DNA of 64,000 nucleotides. Origin: Caulobacter sp. GTDB taxonomy: Bacteria > Pseudomonadota > Alphaproteobacteria > Caulobacterales > Caulobacteraceae. The position numbers and the translations under genes are program-made. The DNA lies in the NCBI GenBank assembly GCA_046295055.1, contig JBKBOD010000005.1, positions 214,694 to 278,693 of the forward strand, in the 5' to 3' direction. Under the pieces are notes generated by a model. The model did not search any database. It was not told the DNA's origin and saw only the letters and a program-made list of their open reading frames with translations. Positions 1-10,181 of the stretch are shown here, one piece after another (the first letter of the stretch is position 1; each line of letters starts with the position of its first letter).

Positions 1-2
1 CC

Positions 3-437
3 GAGGCGCTGCACGACACCAACCGCTGCCGGGCCCTGTTCGCCACGCACTATCACGAGCTGGCGACGCTGGAGGACCGGCTGGCCCATGTCTCCAACCT
101 GTCCCTGCGAGCCAAGGAGTGGAACGGCGACCTGGTCTTCCTGCACGAATGCGGTCCGGGACCGGCCGACCGCAGCTACGGCGTGCAGGTGGCCAAGCTG
201 GCGGGCGTGCCGCCTGCGGTCGTGGTTCGCGCCCGCGAGGTGCTCGAGCGGCTGGAGACCGAGAGCCATTCGCCGGCCCGGCTGGAAGGCCTGCCCCTGT
301 TCGAGGTCGCGGCGCCGGCGCCGCAACAGAAATGGGGACCAAGCCCGGTGGAGGAGGCGCTGAAAGGCCTCGATCCCGACGGCATGAGCCCGCGCGAGGC
401 GCTGGAGGCGCTCTACCGGCTGAAGGGGCTGAGCTGA
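3..437 (+). CDS. mutS: DNA mismatch repair protein MutS, C-terminal part (5' end lies outside the window)
   Basis: Frame 3 is open from the window edge. The translation EALHDTNRCRALFATHYHEL...QVAKLAGVPPAVVVRAREVL...REALEALYRLKGLS is a typical MutS ATPase/C-terminal end. Stop at 435-437. mutS-glnD-murJ synteny supports the call. Confidence 0.9.
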   Translation, partial: EALHDTNRCRALFATHYHELATLEDRLAHVSNLSLRAKEWNGDLVFLHECGPGPADRSYGVQVAKLAGVPPAVVVRAREVLERLETESHSPARLEGLPLFEVAAPAPQQKWGPSPVEEALKGLDPDGMSPREALEALYRLKGLS

Positions 438-514
438 GCGGCGCCGGCTCGTGACCGGTCGCGGTTTGGCATTGCCGCATTGCACACGGCCGCGCCCCGG
501 CGCACATAGGTTCC

Positions 515-3328
515 ATGCCCCCTCGCCTTCGCCCGACCCGCCTGGAACATGTCGTTGACGGCGAGGCGTTGCGCGCGCGGCTCTCGGCGGCGGCGCTGGA
601 TGCGGCGGGGGACGAGGTCGAGCAGCGCCGGCGGGCGCTGGACATCCTCAAGCAGGCGCTGTTCCGGGGCCGGATGATCGCCAAGGAGCGGCTGGAGAAC
701 GGCGCCGGCGGCGTCGAGACGGCCCGCCTGCTGTGCGGCGTCACCGACCAGGTGGTCACCGCCCTCTATGATTTCACCACCGTTCACGTCTTCCGGGCGC
801 GCAATCCGACCGAGGGCGAGCGCCTGGCGCTGATGGCGGTGGGCGGGTACGGCCGGGGGGTCCTGTCGCCCTTCTCGGACATCGACCTGTTGTTCCTGCG
901 GCCCTGGAAGGAGACCGCCCACGTCGAGAGCGTGATCGAGTACATGCTCTATGCGCTGTGGGACCTGGGCTTCAAGGTCGGCCACGCCAGCCGCACGGTC
1001 GAGGAATGCATCAAGCTGGCGCGGGCGGATTTCACGATCCGCACCTCGATCCTGGAGGCCCGCCAGCTGACCGGCGACGAGGCGCTGGCGGCGGAGCTGA
1101 AACGCCGCTTCCGGGCCGATGTGATCAAGGGGACCGGCGCGGAGTTCGTCGCCGCCAAGCTGAAGGAGCGCGACGAGCGCCAGCAGCGCGCCGGGGCCAG
1201 CCGCTACATGGTCGAGCCCAACGTCAAGGAGGGCAAGGGCGGGCTGCGCGACCTGCACACCCTGGTCTGGATCGCCGAGTACCTGCATCCGGTCGAGCGG
1301 CCGACCGACATCTTCCGCCTGCCCTATTTCAACAAGCGCGAGGTTCGGGCCTTCACCCGCGCCTTTGACTTCCTGCACGCGGTGCGCGCCCATCTGCACT
1401 TCACGACCGGTCGCCCCGAGGAGCGGCTGACCTTCGACGTGCAGCCGGAGATCGCCCGCCGGATGGGCTATGGCGACCGCGCCGACAACCCGGCCGTCGA
1501 GCGCTTCATGCGCCACTACTTCCTCATCGCCCGCGAGGTCGGCGCCCTGACGCGGGCCTTCTCGGCCAAGCTGGAGGCCGAGCACGTCAAGCAGGCGCCC
1601 CGGGGCCTGTCGCGGTTCCTGCCGGGGGCCGGACGCCGCAAGGCCAAGGCGCTGGAGGTCGAGGGCTTCATCGAGGATGGCGGGCGGTTGAACATCACCG
1701 GGCCCGAGGTGCTGGAAGCCGATCCGGTCAACATCCTTCGGCTGTTCCGGCTGGCCGACCAGCGCGACCTCGACCTGCATCCGGACGCCTTCACCGCGGT
1801 CACCCGTGCGCTGCCGCTGATCGGCTCGAAGATGCGGCGGGAGCCGGAGGCGGCGCGGGTGTTCCTGGACATCCTGGCGCGGGGCAAGAACCCGTTCCGC
1901 GCGCTGAGCCTGATGAACGAGGCCGGCGCCCTGGGCCGGTTCCTGCCCGAGTTCGGGCGGGTCGTGGCCCAGATGCAGTTCAACATGTACCACAGCTACA
2001 CGGTCGACGAGCACACGCTGAAGGCCGTGTCGGTGATCGCCGACATCGCCGCCGGACGGCTGGCCGACGACCACCCGCTGGCCACCTCGATCATGCCGCT
2101 GATCGCCGACCGCGAGGCGCTGTTCCTGGCCATGCTGCTGCATGACACCGGCAAGGGCGGCGCCGGCGGCCAGGAAAAGGCCGGCGCGCGCGCGGCGCGA
2201 CAGGCGTGCGAGCGGCTGGGCCTGGACCGCAACAAGATCGAGCTGGTCGCCTGGCTGGTCGAGAACCATCTGGTCATGAGCGACTTCGCCCAGAAGCGGG
2301 ACGTCAGCGATCCGGCGACGGTGGCGGCCTTCGCCCGTATCGTCGAGAATCCCGAGCGGCTGCGCCTGCTGCTGGTGCTGACCGTGGCCGACATCCGCGC
2401 CGTCGGTCCGGGCGTGTGGAACGGCTGGAAGGGCCAGCTGATGCGTGAGCTGTACGCCGCCACCGAGGCGGTGTTCCGCGGCGGGCGCGGCTCCGACCCG
2501 GCCGCGGCGGCGCAGCGACACATGGAGCATGTGGCCCGCGAGGCGCGCGCGACGCTTGAGGCCTCCCATCCCGGAGCCGCCGCCTGGGCGCTGGGCATGG
2601 AAGACGCCTACTTCAGCGCCTTCGGGCCCGAGGAGATGGCTGAGCATGGCCAGCTCGCCGCCCGCGCGGCCGCGCAAGGCGGAGCCGCCGCCGAGGGCCG
2701 CATCCGGCCCGACCACAACACCGCCGAACTGGTGGTCGCCGCCGCCGACCGGCGCGGGCTGTTCGCCGACCTGACGCTGGCCCTGTCCAGCCTGGGGGCC
2801 AACGTCATGGGGGCGCGGGTCTTCACCTCGGCCGCCGGCCAGGCGCTGGACGTGTTTCATGTGCAGGACGCGGCCGGCGCGCCCTATGGCTGCGACAACC
2901 CCCGCGCCCTGCGCCGGCTGGCCGATGCGCTGGAAGCGGCTGGTCGCGGCGAGGTCCCGGCGGGGGAGCGCCGCCGCAGCGACCTTGGCCGGACGGCCGC
3001 CTTCGCCATCGCCCCGACGGTGACGCTGGACAACGAGGCCTCGGCCGAGGCGACGGTCGTCGAGGCGTCGGGGCGCGATCGGCCAGGCCTGCTGGAAGCG
3101 CTGGCGCGGGTGATCACCGAGGCGGGGCTGAGCATCGTCTCGGCCCATATCGACGGCTATGGCGAGCGGGCGGTGGACGCCTTCTATGTGCAGACCTCGG
3201 GCGGCGGAAAGCTGACCGACGCGCGGCGGCAGACACTGCTCAAGGCCGCCCTGCTGGCGGTGCTGGTCGACGAGGAGCCGGCCCAGCCGAGCCGGCTGCA
3301 GCGGGCCCGGGCGAGCGTGGCGCGCTGA
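515..3328 (+). CDS. glnD: [protein-PII] uridylyltransferase / uridylyl-removing enzyme GlnD
   Basis: 937-aa ORF with a nucleotidyltransferase motif (GGYGRGVLSPFSDIDLLF), an HD domain (LLHDTGKG) and two C-terminal ACT-like repeats. Confidence 0.95.
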   Translation: MPPRLRPTRLEHVVDGEALRARLSAAALDAAGDEVEQRRRALDILKQALFRGRMIAKERLENGAGGVETARLLCGVTDQVVTALYDFTTVHVFRARNPTEGERLALMAVGGYGRGVLSPFSDIDLLFLRPWKETAHVESVIEYMLYALWDLGFKVGHASRTVEECIKLARADFTIRTSILEARQLTGDEALAAELKRRFRADVIKGTGAEFVAAKLKERDERQQRAGASRYMVEPNVKEGKGGLRDLHTLVWIAEYLHPVERPTDIFRLPYFNKREVRAFTRAFDFLHAVRAHLHFTTGRPEERLTFDVQPEIARRMGYGDRADNPAVERFMRHYFLIAREVGALTRAFSAKLEAEHVKQAPRGLSRFLPGAGRRKAKALEVEGFIEDGGRLNITGPEVLEADPVNILRLFRLADQRDLDLHPDAFTAVTRALPLIGSKMRREPEAARVFLDILARGKNPFRALSLMNEAGALGRFLPEFGRVVAQMQFNMYHSYTVDEHTLKAVSVIADIAAGRLADDHPLATSIMPLIADREALFLAMLLHDTGKGGAGGQEKAGARAARQACERLGLDRNKIELVAWLVENHLVMSDFAQKRDVSDPATVAAFARIVENPERLRLLLVLTVADIRAVGPGVWNGWKGQLMRELYAATEAVFRGGRGSDPAAAAQRHMEHVAREARATLEASHPGAAAWALGMEDAYFSAFGPEEMAEHGQLAARAAAQGGAAAEGRIRPDHNTAELVVAAADRRGLFADLTLALSSLGANVMGARVFTSAAGQALDVFHVQDAAGAPYGCDNPRALRRLADALEAAGRGEVPAGERRRSDLGRTAAFAIAPTVTLDNEASAEATVVEASGRDRPGLLEALARVITEAGLSIVSAHIDGYGERAVDAFYVQTSGGGKLTDARRQTLLKAALLAVLVDEEPAQPSRLQRARASVAR

Positions 3329-3389
3329 AGCCCCGCCCTGCATCGAAGCCTGACTTGACCGGTCCGCGCGCGCGTCGCAGAAGCGCGCC

Positions 3390-5030
3390 GTGAGCGATCC
3401 CATAACGCCAGAGCCGGCCCCGGCCGACACGCCGCCGCCGAAGAAGGCGGGGATCATCCGCAATTCGATCATCTTCTCCGGCCTGACCATGGTCAGCCGG
3501 ATCATGGGCCTGGCCCGCGACGTGGTGATCAACGCCCGGCTGGGCGCAAGCGCCGGCCCCTGGGCCGACGCCTACAACACCGCCCTGGCCTTTCCGAACC
3601 TGTTCCGGCGCATCTTCGCCGAGGGGGCCTTCTCCTCGGCCTTCGTGCCCGCCTACACCCGCACCCTGACCGGCGAGGGGCCCGAGAAGGCCGACAACCT
3701 GGCGTCGGACGCCCTGGCCACGCTGGCGGCGATGACCCTGGCGCTGGTGATCGCCGCGCAGCTGGCGATGCCCTGGCTGATGTATCTGATCAACTGGGGC
3801 TACCAGCATGACGAGGCCAAGTTCAAGCTGGCCATAGTCCTGACCCAGATCACCATGCCCTATCTGTCGTGCATGGCGATCGCGGCGCTGTTCTCCGGCG
3901 CCCTGAACGCGCGCGGCCGCTTCATCCTGTCGGGCGCGGCGCCGATCGTGCTGAACGCGGTGATGCTGGCCGCCGTGCTGCCCGCCCGCGACAGCCAGAC
4001 CGCCGCCTACGCCGCCTCGTTCGCCATCGTGGTCGCGGGGATCCTGCAGGCGGGCCTGCTGTGGTGGGGCGCCTGGAAGTCCGGGGCCCGCATCCGGCCG
4101 CGCGTTCCCCGGCTGACGCCCGAGATCAAGGCCCTGATCGGCAAGGCCATCCCGGCGGCGATCGCCGCCAGCGTGACGCAGGTCAACATCTTCATCTCCG
4201 GCATGCTGGTCTCGCTGGCGCCGGGCGACGGTCCGCGCACCTGGCTGGCCAACGCCGACCGGCTGTACCAGCTGCCGCTGGGCATGGTCGGGGTGGCGAT
4301 CGGGGTCGCCCTGCTGCCGCGCCTGTCGCAGTCGCTGCAGGCCGGCGACCGCGCCGACGCCCAGGCGACGACCGACCAGGCCGTGGTCTTCGCCCTGGCC
4401 ATGACCCTGCCCGCCGCCGCCGCCCTGGTGGCCATGCCCTATTTCATGGTCGACGCCCTGTTCACCCGCGGCGCCTTCACCACCTTCGACGCCCAGAAGA
4501 CGGCCGAGGCGCTGTTCCACTACGGCTGGGGCGTGCCGGCCTTCGTGCTGGCGCGGGTGATGAACCCGATCTTCTTCGCCCGCGAGGACACCCGCAGCCC
4601 GATGCGGTTCGCGCTGATCTCGGTGGCGGTGAACATCGTCCTGGGCGTGATCCTGTTCTTCACCATCGGCTTCGCGGGCATCGCCATCGCCACCTCGGCG
4701 GCCAGCTGGTTCAACGTCGCCCAGATGTACTGGGCCCTGCGCCGGCGGGGCGAATGGACGCCGGAGCCGGCGGCCTGGGGCCGGATGATCCGCGTGACGA
4801 TCGCCGCCGGCCTGCTCACCGCCCTCCTCGGCCTGGCGGCGTTCAACCGGCCGCTGATCCAGGGCCTGTTCGAGGGCTGGAGCCTGCTGGGCGTGGGGGC
4901 CAAGGAGATCGCCGTCCTGGCCGTCTGCTTCGCCATCCTGCCGATCTATCCGGTGCTGGTCGTGCTGACGGGCGGCATGACGCTGGCGGAGATCAAGGGC
5001 CTGGCGGGCCGTCGCCGTCCGACGGCCTGA
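3390..5030 (+). CDS. murJ: lipid II flippase MurJ (MviN)
   Basis: 546-aa polytopic membrane ORF with a GTG start. The N-terminus IIRNSIIFSGLTMVSRIMGLARDVV is typical of MurJ, and the gene follows glnD as in many alphaproteobacteria. Confidence 0.9.
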   Translation: MSDPITPEPAPADTPPPKKAGIIRNSIIFSGLTMVSRIMGLARDVVINARLGASAGPWADAYNTALAFPNLFRRIFAEGAFSSAFVPAYTRTLTGEGPEKADNLASDALATLAAMTLALVIAAQLAMPWLMYLINWGYQHDEAKFKLAIVLTQITMPYLSCMAIAALFSGALNARGRFILSGAAPIVLNAVMLAAVLPARDSQTAAYAASFAIVVAGILQAGLLWWGAWKSGARIRPRVPRLTPEIKALIGKAIPAAIAASVTQVNIFISGMLVSLAPGDGPRTWLANADRLYQLPLGMVGVAIGVALLPRLSQSLQAGDRADAQATTDQAVVFALAMTLPAAAALVAMPYFMVDALFTRGAFTTFDAQKTAEALFHYGWGVPAFVLARVMNPIFFAREDTRSPMRFALISVAVNIVLGVILFFTIGFAGIAIATSAASWFNVAQMYWALRRRGEWTPEPAAWGRMIRVTIAAGLLTALLGLAAFNRPLIQGLFEGWSLLGVGAKEIAVLAVCFAILPIYPVLVVLTGGMTLAEIKGLAGRRRPTA

Positions 5031-5031
5031 G

Positions 5032-6147
5032 CTAGCTGCGCCAGCGCAGCGTCACCGGCTTGACAGGATTGGCGAACGGTCGGCCGGCGGCGCGGCTGGC
5101 GGTCCATTCCTTCTTCAGCTGCTGGTACCACTTGGCCTGGGTGTCGGCGTCGTCGATCCACAGCAGGGAGGGATCATACTTCAGGCCCTCGTTCTGCAGG
5201 TTCACCATGCCGGCGTCCTGGCGCAGGAACGCCCGGGCCCCCGCCGCCACGAAGGGCCGCAGGAACAGGAAGGCGGGGTGGTCGGACCAGACGATCTGGG
5301 TGATCCGGGTGGCCGTCTCGTGCACCGGGGTCAGGCAGGTCAGCGACAGCACCTGGCGCGGACCGATGGTGATGTGCTCCCAGCGCAGGCCGGGCAGCCG
5401 GAACGTGATCTCGGTCAGCGGCTCGCCGCCCAGGATGGCGTAGGCGCGGGAGTTCTTCGACGGCTCGTGGCGGATCATCGAGAAGCCGGCCTCGCGGGGC
5501 TCGAACTTCTTGGCCTTGTCGTGCTGGCTGCCGCTCGATCGCCACCACCACTGCTGGTGGACATAGGGGCCGTGCGCGGGATCCATCAGCCCGACCACGG
5601 CATGGTCGATATGGCTGTCGAAGACCATGCGGTCGACGATCTTCGGCCCCCCGCCGACCACGCCCGGAAAAACCGGCGGCGGCTCCGGCGGCTCGCCGTC
5701 GAAGCGCGGGTCCGAGGCCATCCAGACGAAGATCATCCCCTGGCTCTCGGCGACCGGATAGCGCCGCACGCGGATGCGGGCGACGTCCATCTCCTGGCCG
5801 GCGGTGAGGGAGGGGATAGCAGTGCAGCCGCCATCCGCCCCGAAGCGCCAGCCGTGATAGGGGCATTCGACGCTGGGCCGGCCGTCGGCTTCGGCGACAA
5901 TCCGGCCGGCCGACAGGGGCGCGGCCCGGTGCGGGCAGATATCGCGCAGGGCGAACAGGCCGCCCTTGCGGTCACGGCCGATCAGCACCGGCTCGCCAAG
6001 CAGTTCGTGGCGGGCCATGGCGCCGGGCTTCACGTCGCCGGCGAGGGCGGCGAAATACCAGATGTCGCGCAGGAAGCCCTCGCCGAACCGGGCGGGGGCG
6101 GCCTTGTCCCGTGGGGACTTCGCGGAGGTCTGTGCGCCATCGGCCAT
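5032..6147 (-). CDS. Rieske 2Fe-2S aromatic-ring-hydroxylating oxygenase alpha-subunit-like protein
   Basis: Contains the Rieske motif CPHRAAP...CPYHGWRF followed by a catalytic-domain-sized C-terminus. No reductase or ferredoxin partner is seen nearby. Confidence 0.85.
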   Translation of the reverse strand: MADGAQTSAKSPRDKAAPARFGEGFLRDIWYFAALAGDVKPGAMARHELLGEPVLIGRDRKGGLFALRDICPHRAAPLSAGRIVAEADGRPSVECPYHGWRFGADGGCTAIPSLTAGQEMDVARIRVRRYPVAESQGMIFVWMASDPRFDGEPPEPPPVFPGVVGGGPKIVDRMVFDSHIDHAVVGLMDPAHGPYVHQQWWWRSSGSQHDKAKKFEPREAGFSMIRHEPSKNSRAYAILGGEPLTEITFRLPGLRWEHITIGPRQVLSLTCLTPVHETATRITQIVWSDHPAFLFLRPFVAAGARAFLRQDAGMVNLQNEGLKYDPSLLWIDDADTQAKWYQQLKKEWTASRAAGRPFANPVKPVTLRWRS

Positions 6148-6276
6148 GCTCCCTCTTTAGCGTCCGGGGCGGCAGGGCGAAAGGCGGCGCGATGACGCCG
6201 CTTACGCACGGGCCGGCAAGCTCCTATATCTTCGTTCGACGGCGCGCCGCGCCGCATCGGAGGGACTATTCAAGCC

Positions 6277-6888
6277 ATGACGCCCATTCGCTCGCTGCTC
6301 ACCGTCGCCGCCATCGCCGGCGCGGTGTTCCTGGCCGGTTGCGGCATCAACACCATCCCCACCCAGGACGAGGCCGTGAAGGCCCGCTGGGCCGACGTGC
6401 AGAACCAGTACCAGCGCCGCGCCGACCTGGTGCCGAACCTGGTGGCGACCGTGAAGGGCTACGCCGCCCAGGAGCGCGAGGTGCTTACCGCCGTGACCGA
6501 GGCCCGCGCTAGCGCCACCCAGGTCAAGGTCGACGCCTCGACCATTACGGATCCGGAGGCCTTCGCCCGCTACCAGGCCAGCCAGGACCGGCTGTCGGGC
6601 GCGCTCGGGCGGCTGATGCTGATCCAGGAAGCCTATCCCGACCTGAAGTCGAACCAGAACTTCCTGGCGCTGCAGGACCAGCTCGAGGGCACCGAGAACC
6701 GCATCGCCAACGCGCGGCGCGACTACAACGGCGCGGTCCAGACCTACAACACATCGCTGCGGACCTTCCCCACGGTGCTGTGGGCCAAGACCTTCTACAG
6801 CGGCCAGAAGCCGGCCCAGCCGTTCCAGGCGACCGAAAGCGCCCAGACCGCGCCGACCGTCAACTTCGACGCGCCGTCGACGAAGTAG
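6277..6888 (+). CDS. LemA family protein
   Basis: The N-terminal membrane/lipobox-like segment (AVFLAGCG) is followed by EAVKARWADVQNQYQRRADLVPNLV..., the characteristic LemA sequence. Confidence 0.85.
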   Translation: MTPIRSLLTVAAIAGAVFLAGCGINTIPTQDEAVKARWADVQNQYQRRADLVPNLVATVKGYAAQEREVLTAVTEARASATQVKVDASTITDPEAFARYQASQDRLSGALGRLMLIQEAYPDLKSNQNFLALQDQLEGTENRIANARRDYNGAVQTYNTSLRTFPTVLWAKTFYSGQKPAQPFQATESAQTAPTVNFDAPSTK

Positions 6889-7668
6889 ATGAGAAACCCC
6901 TTCCGGATGCTGGCCGGGATCGTCCTCGCGGCGGTCCTGGCCGGCGGGGCTCCGGCGCTCGCGGCGCCCGACTTCCCGGCCCTGACGGGGCGGGTGGTCG
7001 ACGAGGCCGGCATCCTGTCGCCGGCGGTCGAGGCCGACCTGACCGGCAAGCTCGAGGCGCTTGAGGCGCAGAGCGGCCGCCAGCTGGTGGTCGTCACCCT
7101 GAAGGACCTGCGCGGCGAGGAGATCGAGACCTACGGCGTCGATCTCGGCCGGCACTGGGCGATCGGCGACAAGACGCGCAATGACGGCACGCTGTTCATC
7201 GTCGCGCCGAATGACCGCAAGGTGCGGATCGAGGTCGGCTATGGCGCCGAGGGGGTCCTGACCGACGCCATGTCGGGCCTGATCCTGCGGGGCGCGGTGC
7301 TGCCGAAGTTCCGGGACGGCGACATGGAAGGCGGCGTCGTGGCCGGAACCGACGCCATCATCCGCCAGCTCACCCTGCCCGAGGACGAAGCCCGCGCCCT
7401 GGCGGCGCAGGCGGCGGAAGAGTCCGAGGAGGACTTCCCCCTGGCGGCCATTCCGTTCCTGATCTTCGGCTTCATCGTCCTGATGATCGCCCTGTCCGGC
7501 CGTCGGCGACGCCGTCGCGGCCTGGCGGGCGCCCTGCCCTGGGTCATCGGATCCACCATGGGCGGCTGGTCCGGCGGCGGCGGCGGCGGCGGCGGCTGGT
7601 CGGGCGGCGGAGGGTTCTCCGGCGGCGGCGGATCATTCGGAGGCGGCGGCGCCTCGGGAGGCTGGTGA
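6889..7668 (+). CDS. TPM-domain (YgcG-like) protein with a Gly-rich C-terminal tail
   Basis: Signal peptide, then a TPM/phosphatase-like domain (GRVVDEAGILSP...QLVVVTL...FIVAPNDRKVRIEVGYG), a TM segment and a GGWSGGGGGG tail. The ATG directly abuts the lemA stop. Confidence 0.8.
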   Translation: MRNPFRMLAGIVLAAVLAGGAPALAAPDFPALTGRVVDEAGILSPAVEADLTGKLEALEAQSGRQLVVVTLKDLRGEEIETYGVDLGRHWAIGDKTRNDGTLFIVAPNDRKVRIEVGYGAEGVLTDAMSGLILRGAVLPKFRDGDMEGGVVAGTDAIIRQLTLPEDEARALAAQAAEESEEDFPLAAIPFLIFGFIVLMIALSGRRRRRRGLAGALPWVIGSTMGGWSGGGGGGGGWSGGGGFSGGGGSFGGGGASGGW

Positions 7669-7669
7669 G

Positions 7670-8359
7670 ATGAGTATGACCCCCGCCGACCAGGACCGCA
7701 TCGCCCGGGCGGTGGCCGAGGCCGAGCGCAGGACGGCCGGCGAGATCTACTGCGTGCTCGCGCCCCGGGTTTCTGAGTACCGCGAGGTTCCCCTGGCCTG
7801 GGCCGCGGCGCTTGCCTTGACGTTGCCCGCGCTGGCCCTGCTGCTGGGCCTGGCGCCCGACAGCCTGTCGGCGGTGTTCGGCGGCTGGAGCATCGGTCAT
7901 GGCTCGACCGACCAGATCGTGCTGGGAGCCCTGGCGGTCTACATCGTCCTGCAGGCGGTGACCTTCGCCCTTGTCTGGCTGGTCGTCGCCATACCGCCAG
8001 TCCGCCGGTTCATGACGCCGGGGCCGCTGAAGGCCGAGCGGGTCCGTCGCGCGGCGCTGGACCAGTTCCTGAGCCACGGGCTGCACCTGACCCGCGAGCG
8101 CACGGGCGTGCTGATCTTCGCCGCCCTGCACGAACACCGGGCCGAGGTGGTCGCCGACGAGGGCATCTATGCGGCGGCGCCGGCAGAGGTATGGGTCGAG
8201 GTGGTCGGGCTGCTGACCGCGGGCCTGAGAGCCGGCCGCGCCGCCGAGGGGTTCGAGGCGGCCATCCGGCGATCGGGCGAGATTCTGGCGGCGCATGTGC
8301 CGCCTCGGTCCGATAATCCAAATGAACTATCGGACCGGATCGTGATCCTGGAAGGGTGA
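7670..8359 (+). CDS. TPM-domain membrane protein (second member of the LemA-TPM module)
   Basis: Starts 1 nt after the previous stop. It has an N-terminal IARAVAEAERRTAGEIYCV segment, hydrophobic segments, and a C-terminal RTGVLIFAALHEHRAEVVADEGI segment typical of TPM domains. Confidence 0.7.
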   Translation: MSMTPADQDRIARAVAEAERRTAGEIYCVLAPRVSEYREVPLAWAAALALTLPALALLLGLAPDSLSAVFGGWSIGHGSTDQIVLGALAVYIVLQAVTFALVWLVVAIPPVRRFMTPGPLKAERVRRAALDQFLSHGLHLTRERTGVLIFAALHEHRAEVVADEGIYAAAPAEVWVEVVGLLTAGLRAGRAAEGFEAAIRRSGEILAAHVPPRSDNPNELSDRIVILEG

Positions 8360-8435
8360 GCGGCGGTCCGCCGACAGGCGGGTCGGTCAGTCCGGCGGAC
8401 CCAGGGGGAAGCGCCAGGGCGCTCCCCCCGATCCG

Positions 8436-9884
8436 TCAGGTGTTCATCGACTGGAAGAAATCGCCGTTGGTCTTCGACTGACGCAGCTTGTCGAGCAGGA
8501 ACTCGATGGCGTCCTGGCTGCCCATCGGGTTCAGGATGCGGCGCAGGATGTAGGTCTTGGTCAGCTGGTCCTTGGGGGTGATCAGCTCTTCCTTGCGGGT
8601 GCCGGACTTCAGCACGTCGATGGCCGGGAAGATGCGCTTGTCGGCGACCTTGCGATCCAGGACGATTTCCGAGTTACCGGTGCCCTTGAACTCTTCGAAG
8701 ATGACCTCGTCCATCCGGCTGCCGGTGTCGATCAGGGCCGTGGCGATGATGGTCAGGCTGCCGCCTTCCTCGATGTTCCGCGCCGCGCCGAAGAAGCGCT
8801 TGGGGCGCTGCAGGGCGTTGGCGTCGACGCCGCCGGTCAGCACCTTGCCCGAGGACGGGACAGTGGTGTTGTAGGCGCGGCCGAGGCGCGTGACCGAGTC
8901 CAGCAGGATGACGACGTCGCGCTTGTGCTCGACCAGGCGCTTGGCCTTCTCGATGACCATCTCGGCCACCTGGACGTGGCGGGTCGCCGGCTCGTCGAAG
9001 GTCGAGGCGATGACCTCGCCCTTCACCGTGCGCTGCATGTCGGTGACTTCTTCCGGGCGCTCGTCGATCAGGAGGACGATCAGGTAGCACTCGGGGTGGT
9101 TGGTCTCGATCGACTTGGCGATGTTCTGCAGCATCACCGTCTTGCCGACGCGCGGCGGGGCGACGATGAGGCAGCGCTGGCCCTTGCCGAGCGGGGCGAC
9201 AATGTCGATGACCCGGCCCGAGCGATCCTTCACCGTCGGATCGGGCAGCTCCATGTTGAGCCGCTGCTCGGGGTAGAGCGGGGTCAGGTTGTCGAAGTGG
9301 ACCTTGTGCCGCACATTTTCCGGCGGCTCGAAGTTGATCTGCTTGACGTCGACCAGGGCGAAGTAGCGCTCGCCCTCGCGCGGGGCGCGGACGCCGCCGT
9401 CGACGGAGTCGCCGGTGCGCAGGCCGAACTTCCGGATCTGGCTGGGCGAGACATAGATGTCGTCGGGGCCGGGGAGGTAGTTGGCTTCGGGGCTGCGCAG
9501 GAAGCCGAAGCCGTCCGAAAGGACCTCCATGGTGCCGCTGCCCGAAATCTCCACGCCTTCCTCGGCGAGGGTCTTCAGGATCGCGAACATCATGTCCTGC
9601 TTGCGCATGGAGTTGGCGTTCTCGACCTCGAGCTTTTCCGCCAGGCCCAACAGGTCGGCCGAGGATTTCTCCTTCAGCTCCTGCAGGGACATGCGGGTCA
9701 GGCCCAATTCGGCGACCACGGCGGACAGGTCGGCATCGTCCTCGTCGTCATCGGCGGCCGCTTCGGCGCCCTCGACGGGGGCCGGGGATTCGACCGGCGG
9801 CGGCAGGATCTCGACGGCCGCGTCCTCGGTCGCGTCGGCGCCGGCTTCGGGGGCTTCGTCTTGGGGGGTGGTGTCTTCGGACAT
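8436..9884 (-). CDS. rho: transcription termination factor Rho
   Basis: The ORF was trimmed to the internal ATG ([10 protein letters not shown]...). It has an acidic N-terminal extension, an RNA-binding domain ([34 protein letters not shown]) and a Walker A motif (PPRVGKT). Confidence 0.95.
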   Translation of the reverse strand: MSEDTTPQDEAPEAGADATEDAAVEILPPPVESPAPVEGAEAAADDDEDDADLSAVVAELGLTRMSLQELKEKSSADLLGLAEKLEVENANSMRKQDMMFAILKTLAEEGVEISGSGTMEVLSDGFGFLRSPEANYLPGPDDIYVSPSQIRKFGLRTGDSVDGGVRAPREGERYFALVDVKQINFEPPENVRHKVHFDNLTPLYPEQRLNMELPDPTVKDRSGRVIDIVAPLGKGQRCLIVAPPRVGKTVMLQNIAKSIETNHPECYLIVLLIDERPEEVTDMQRTVKGEVIASTFDEPATRHVQVAEMVIEKAKRLVEHKRDVVILLDSVTRLGRAYNTTVPSSGKVLTGGVDANALQRPKRFFGAARNIEEGGSLTIIATALIDTGSRMDEVIFEEFKGTGNSEIVLDRKVADKRIFPAIDVLKSGTRKEELITPKDQLTKTYILRRILNPMGSQDAIEFLLDKLRQSKTNGDFFQSMNT

Positions 9885-10181
9885 GTGTTCTTCAGGGTCT
9901 TCCAAGGATGGAATCCGCCCGTTCAGGCGCGAAAGTGCGGCCGTCGGGCTGGAAATACTGGACCGCGGGCCTGGCCTGCGGAGATGGGTGTTCGTTCGGG
10001 GATCCGGCGGGGCTCTGCGCCAGCGGGCGTGGAGGGCCGGAGAGAGGCGGGAACCGCGGGCCGAAGCGGCGCGGTCTGTAGGGAGGGGAACCACAGGCCC
10101 TCGCCCCCGTCAAGGTGGGGATTGGACGCGCCGGGCGCAAGCGGCGCTTGCCTTGGTCGCTAAACCCCCTACACCGCCCGC

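Noticed and set aside
413-3532. 1039-aa ORF antisense to glnD. Similar very long antisense or out-of-frame ORFs include 3240-4520, 16837-18369, 19075-20787, 24628-26745, 30979-33288, 32049-34358, 50461-53060, 52902-55343 and 61019-62773.
   Set aside because: Their translations are Arg/Gly/Pro/Ala-rich low-complexity strings with no motifs. Each lies opposite, or out of frame with, a gene that has unmistakable family motifs. Long spurious ORFs are expected in very GC-rich DNA because stop codons are AT-rich.
7555-7665. A run of ggcggc repeats that looks like a tandem or CRISPR-like repeat.
   Set aside because: It is in frame within the TPM-domain gene and encodes its Gly-rich tail (GGWSGGGGGGGG...). 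There is no spacer/repeat periodicity.
9885-10094. N-terminal extensions offered by the ORF track for rho (to 10094), recF (to 35975), acnA (to 53661), dnaN (to 37558), the PPIase (to 12777), the P450 (from 14420) and the ACAD (from 29088), among others.
   Set aside because: The extensions translate to low-complexity sequence and overlap neighbouring genes or intergenic repeats. Internal starts give canonical N-termini (for example MSEDTT.. for Rho and MASIDSLQ.. for AcnA), often with an RBS.
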